DNA of 54,194 bases from a virus. The translations under genes were made by a program, and so were the position numbers. Shown in pieces: positions 51,059-54,194 of this stretch. The stretch is from IMG/VR virus record IMGVR_UViG_3300045988_080883, one strand, 5' to 3'. Each line of letters starts with the position of its first letter. Position 1 is the first letter of the stretch. The notes under the pieces were generated by a model. The model had not been told where the DNA came from. It saw only the letters and a program-made list of their open reading frames with translations, and searched no databases.

Positions 51059-52060
51059 ATGTATCAGAAAATCAAGGCGAAATTCAAGGCAAGTCCCACT
51101 ATTTTCTACGCCTGCTCCATCGTTGCATCGTGGGCAGGAGTAGGCAGCTTGATGAACTTCCGCACCATTGCATTGCGATACGGAGCAGTTCCGGCAATCA
51201 TCTGGGCAGTGTTCAATTCCCTGGCATGTATCACGTTCGGTTTGTTCGCTGACCGTGTTCCGTCCATTCGGCGCATCATGCAGAGCAAGGTGATGTTCTA
51301 CTTCATCGGTCTGCTGACGCTGTTTCAGACGTGGACTCAGATGAGCGGCATCTACGAGATCTTTGGCGATACACCCGTTGGAACCAAGGGCGGCATGATT
51401 ATCGTGTACGTCACCTGTGTGGCGTTCCTGATTATGTTGCTCAAAGACGGCATGATTCGCAACGTGCTGTCCGATGGCTTTTCATGGGTGGTCGTTTATG
51501 GCCTGCTGGCCGTAGTAGTGGCTGCTGCTCTGGTGTACACTGGCGGCACGTTCGCCGTCATCGACCCCGGTGTAAACGCCGCTGGCATTAAGGCTGGCGT
51601 GTACAACGGCTTACTTCTGCTGCCCGGCCCATTTGCTTGTCCGTATTACTATTCGCTGTTTGAGTACAACGATAAAAATGCAGACGGCACCAAGCGCGGC
51701 AACATGAAAAAGGCCTTCGTGCTGGCGGGCGTGATGTTTGGCATCTACATGGTGCTGGCTGCGCTGCTCACGTGGGTGCACTTCAGCCCGGTGCTGAACG
51801 TAATGAAAGCTATTTTGATTACGGTCATCGCCATTTCCTCGCTGTCTACCTATCTCTACTGCGAATATCTGGTTTTCGGCAAGAAGTTTGGCTTCGCACT
51901 GGATGTTCTCACCGTGGCCTCGTGGCAGATCCTGATTCCGCTTGGCGTTATGGGCATCTGGCAGCTGATGAGCACGATCCGCATCTACGTTGTCGTAGCC
52001 GCCGTCCTGTTCTCCATCGTTCTGGACCTCGTTTCTGACAGAAAGGAGGCCGCACGATGA
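51059..52060 (+). CDS. 10-TM integral membrane protein, transporter-like (family not recognised)
   Basis: Start ATG 51059 lies 8 nt after AAGGAG. 333 aa with about ten hydrophobic helices. The RBS of the next gene lies inside its 3' end (ATGA overlap). Confidence 0.7.
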   Translation: MYQKIKAKFKASPTIFYACSIVASWAGVGSLMNFRTIALRYGAVPAIIWAVFNSLACITFGLFADRVPSIRRIMQSKVMFYFIGLLTLFQTWTQMSGIYEIFGDTPVGTKGGMIIVYVTCVAFLIMLLKDGMIRNVLSDGFSWVVVYGLLAVVVAAALVYTGGTFAVIDPGVNAAGIKAGVYNGLLLLPGPFACPYYYSLFEYNDKNADGTKRGNMKKAFVLAGVMFGIYMVLAALLTWVHFSPVLNVMKAILITVIAISSLSTYLYCEYLVFGKKFGFALDVLTVASWQILIPLGVMGIWQLMSTIRIYVVVAAVLFSIVLDLVSDRKEAAR

Positions 52061-52740
52061 ACATCACGGTAAAGAAGCTGGCAGAGCTGCATAAGCCTGC
52101 CCACAACATCCGCCGGCACTCCGACAAGCAAATCACCGAGTACATCCGCAGCATTGAGATGTTCGGTCAGGTGAAGCCGCTGGTCGTTGCCGAGGATGGC
52201 GAAATCATTGCCGGCAACGGTCTGTACGAAGCCCTGCTCCGCATGGGTCGGGAAACCTGCGACTGTTATGTGATGGTCGGGCTGACCGATGTGCAGAAGA
52301 AAAAGCTGATGATGGCCGACAACAAGGTCTATGAACTCGGCTTTACCGATGTGGATGCCATCGAAGAACTGGTCAAGGAACTGGACGGCGATGTGGACGT
52401 TCCGGGCTGGGATGCTGACCTGCTGGAAATGCTGAACAGCACCACGGATGAAGCTGATGAAGTAATCAGTTCCTACGGCGATTTCCCGGAAAACGAGATC
52501 GCACCCATCAGCCGCCATCAGGCAGAGGAACACGTTCCGTATGCCGAAACACCGACCTACCCGGTGGCTCCCGCCCCGCAGCCTGCTCCTACCGTCTCCG
52601 CTGCCCCGCAGCAGCCCTCCACAGTGCTGGAGGTGTCTACACCTTCTGAACCGCAAACAGCTGCTCCAGAGGCGGACAGCGGCGTGGAGCAGCGCAGGTG
52701 CATCCGTTGCCCGAAGTGTGGTGAACTGATATGCCTGTGA
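52057..52740 (+). CDS. ParB/Srx-fold protein with degenerate GxxR box and C-terminal Zn-ribbon
   Basis: LHKPAHNIRRHSDKQI...VKPLVVAEDGEIIAGNGLYEAL is a ParB N-domain with NG in place of HR. A Pro/Ala-rich linker is followed by CIRCPKCG. Confidence 0.7.
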   Translation: MNITVKKLAELHKPAHNIRRHSDKQITEYIRSIEMFGQVKPLVVAEDGEIIAGNGLYEALLRMGRETCDCYVMVGLTDVQKKKLMMADNKVYELGFTDVDAIEELVKELDGDVDVPGWDADLLEMLNSTTDEADEVISSYGDFPENEIAPISRHQAEEHVPYAETPTYPVAPAPQPAPTVSAAPQQPSTVLEVSTPSEPQTAAPEADSGVEQRRCIRCPKCGELICL

Positions 52741-53879
52741 AAGTAGTGGAAAGCAGCATGAACGTGCTGCAAGCGGCGAAAATCCGCATCCGCAATGTGT
52801 TCGCAAACGGCTGCAAAATCTATCTGTCGTTTTCCTCCGGCAAGGACAGCCTGTGCATGGCCAACCTCGTGTATGAGATGATTCTCTCCGGCGAACTCGA
52901 CCCCAAGCAGCTGACGGTGACATTCATTGACGAAGAAGGGCTTTACCCCTCCATGGTCGATGCAGCGCACCGCTGGCGGCGCAACTTCCTGTCGGTCGGC
53001 GCGAAATTCCTGTGGTTTTGCTTGCCGTTCAAGCAGGTGTGCGTGATAGACCACCTTTCCGCGTCAGAATCGTGGATAACATGGGAGCCGGGCAAAGAAG
53101 ATGTGTGGATGCGTACCCCACCCGATTTTGCCATCAGGTACAGCCCATACCTGCACCACCCCGGAGAGATGAACTACCAGACGTTCTGCGAAAAGGCGTT
53201 CCGCGACGGCATTCAGCTGGTCGGCCTACGCACGGCAGAAAGCCTGACCCGCTTTAAGTGCATCGCCAACACCAAGATGGAGCGTATCACAAAAGGCGGC
53301 AAGTTCTATCCCATCTACGATTGGGCTGATTCCGATGTTTGGCTGTACATCAAAGAGCGAAACCTTGAATTCCCTGAAATCTATATGCGTTTGTACGAAG
53401 CTGGTGTGCATAAAAATGCACTCCGGCTTTGTGCTTTCTTTGGAGATACCAGCACACAAGGCCTACGGTGGGTTGCAGAAACCGACAACGACCTGTGGGA
53501 GCGTATCCAGCGGCGAGAGCCAAACGCCTACCTAGTTCTGCTTTACTGGGATTCCGAGATGTTCCGGCGCAGCACCCGCAAGCGGCGTGAGCTGGAAGCA
53601 GATACCGAACAGAAGGATTATAAAGCCCTCTGCAAAGACCTGCTGTTCCTCCACCCGGAGCGGTACACCATCGCCAAGGACACCTTATCCCACATCGACC
53701 ACTGGCGAGGCCTGTTCATAAAGACCTATGGTATCGCTGAACAGAAGCACTACAAGACCATGTATGAGGGGCTGCTGTACGGAGATCCCAAGATGCGTAT
53801 CCTGCGCATCCTCTGGACCACCATCTACAACGACCACAACGCCCGCATCAAAGAGGAGCAGAACCATGGAAAACATTGA
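52731..53879 (+). CDS. PAPS reductase-family PP-loop protein, IbrA/YbdN-like
   Basis: SFSSGKDSLCM is a PP-loop. The C-terminal region (LRLCAFFGDTSTQGLRWVAETDNDLWERI...) resembles the DUF3440 extension of IbrA-type proteins. It overlaps both neighbours. Confidence 0.85.
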   Translation: MPVKVVESSMNVLQAAKIRIRNVFANGCKIYLSFSSGKDSLCMANLVYEMILSGELDPKQLTVTFIDEEGLYPSMVDAAHRWRRNFLSVGAKFLWFCLPFKQVCVIDHLSASESWITWEPGKEDVWMRTPPDFAIRYSPYLHHPGEMNYQTFCEKAFRDGIQLVGLRTAESLTRFKCIANTKMERITKGGKFYPIYDWADSDVWLYIKERNLEFPEIYMRLYEAGVHKNALRLCAFFGDTSTQGLRWVAETDNDLWERIQRREPNAYLVLLYWDSEMFRRSTRKRRELEADTEQKDYKALCKDLLFLHPERYTIAKDTLSHIDHWRGLFIKTYGIAEQKHYKTMYEGLLYGDPKMRILRILWTTIYNDHNARIKEEQNHGKH

Positions 53880-54194
53880 CGTATTCGCACCGCTGGCATC
53901 CCTCCAGTGGGTAGACCGCAACACCATCCACGCCAACGACTACAACCCCAACAAGGTCAGTGAGGAGAACCTGAAGCTGCTGGTGCAGTCCATCCTGACC
54001 AACGGCTGGACGCTGCCCATCGTGGTACGCCCGGACGGAACCATCATTGACGGCTTCCACCGCTGGACAGTATCAGGCCGTGAACCGCTGCTGTCCCTGC
54101 TGGGCGGCAAGGTGCCTGTCGTAGTCGTAGACCATCACGGTGACGAGAGTGCCGACGTATACGGCACAATCACCCACAACCGCGCCCGCGGCAC
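53866..54194 (+). CDS. ParB/Srx-fold IbrB/YbdM-like protein, N-terminal part (continues at 78-276 after the overlap)
   Basis: ATG 53866 overlaps the IbrA-like stop. LQWVDRNTIHANDYNPNKV...IIDGFHRW is the ParB/IbrB signature. The ORF is open to the window end. Confidence 0.8.
   Translation, partial: MENIDVFAPLASLQWVDRNTIHANDYNPNKVSEENLKLLVQSILTNGWTLPIVVRPDGTIIDGFHRWTVSGREPLLSLLGGKVPVVVVDHHGDESADVYGTITHNRARG
54118..54194. repeat. 77-bp terminal direct repeat, copy 2
   Basis: Identical to 1-77. Confidence 0.95.

Noticed and set aside
1-54194. tRNA, rRNA, tmRNA genes, a second VR elsewhere, and insertion sequences
   Set aside because: No cloverleaf-like or rRNA-like segments were noticed. The core TR string GGCCTCGCCTCGTTC was seen only at VR and TR. 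No transposase-like ORFs or terminal inverted repeats were seen. The visual scan is not exhaustive.
54118-54194. Terminal 77-bp repeat considered as attL/attR or phage direct terminal repeat
   Set aside because: It lies inside an uninterrupted coding sequence and has exactly a typical assembler k-mer length. It is interpreted as a circularisation overlap.

Overview
The window is a complete, circularly closed genome of a temperate contractile-tailed dsDNA phage (or excised prophage). Bases 1-77 are identical to 54118-54194, so the non-redundant unit is 54,117 bp. Ribosome-binding sites are GGAGG-type and many gene families are typical of Firmicutes/Clostridia phages; host assignment is inference only.

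Layout:
- 0.6-7.8 kb (+): lambda-like packaging and head module (Nu1-like TerS, GpA-type TerL, gpW, lambda-type portal, ClpP-type protease/scaffold, gpD-like decoration protein, gpE-type capsid).
- 7.8-10 kb: neck genes.
- 10-23 kb: P2/Mu-like contractile tail (sheath, tube, chaperone with a T_TTT_TTG -1 frameshift, tape measure, X, D, V, W, J, I, fibre genes).
- 22.1-25.2 kb: a canonical diversity-generating retroelement (target, avd, TR, RT) that diversifies the C-terminus of the last tail-fibre gene.
- 25.2-26.7 kb: lysis cassette.
- 26.8-33.7 kb (mostly minus strand): accessory and lysogeny block. It holds a 7-ORF operon containing an amidoligase, two HTH regulators, a large serine integrase translationally coupled to a BRCT-domain gene, a YbjQ-like gene and a CI-like repressor.
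- 33.8-50.5 kb (+): early region with a Cro-like gene, DUF932, DUF1351/RecT/MBL recombination genes, SSB, a DnaD-type replisome organizer, a 3D-domain protein, a RuvC-like resolvase, a methyltransferase-like protein lacking motif IV, ParB, many small Zn-ribbon ORFs and an ArpU/RinA-like late regulator.
- 50.6-54.2 kb and across the junction: a roughly 0.5-kb structured leader, then a translationally coupled operon (10-TM membrane protein, ParB-like, IbrA-like PAPS reductase, IbrB-like ParB) that runs into the terminase genes.

No tRNA, rRNA or CRISPR array was seen.

The strongest finding is the DGR. The transporter/ParB/IbrA/IbrB operon with its leader, and the amidoligase operon, are the best candidates for uncharacterised biology.
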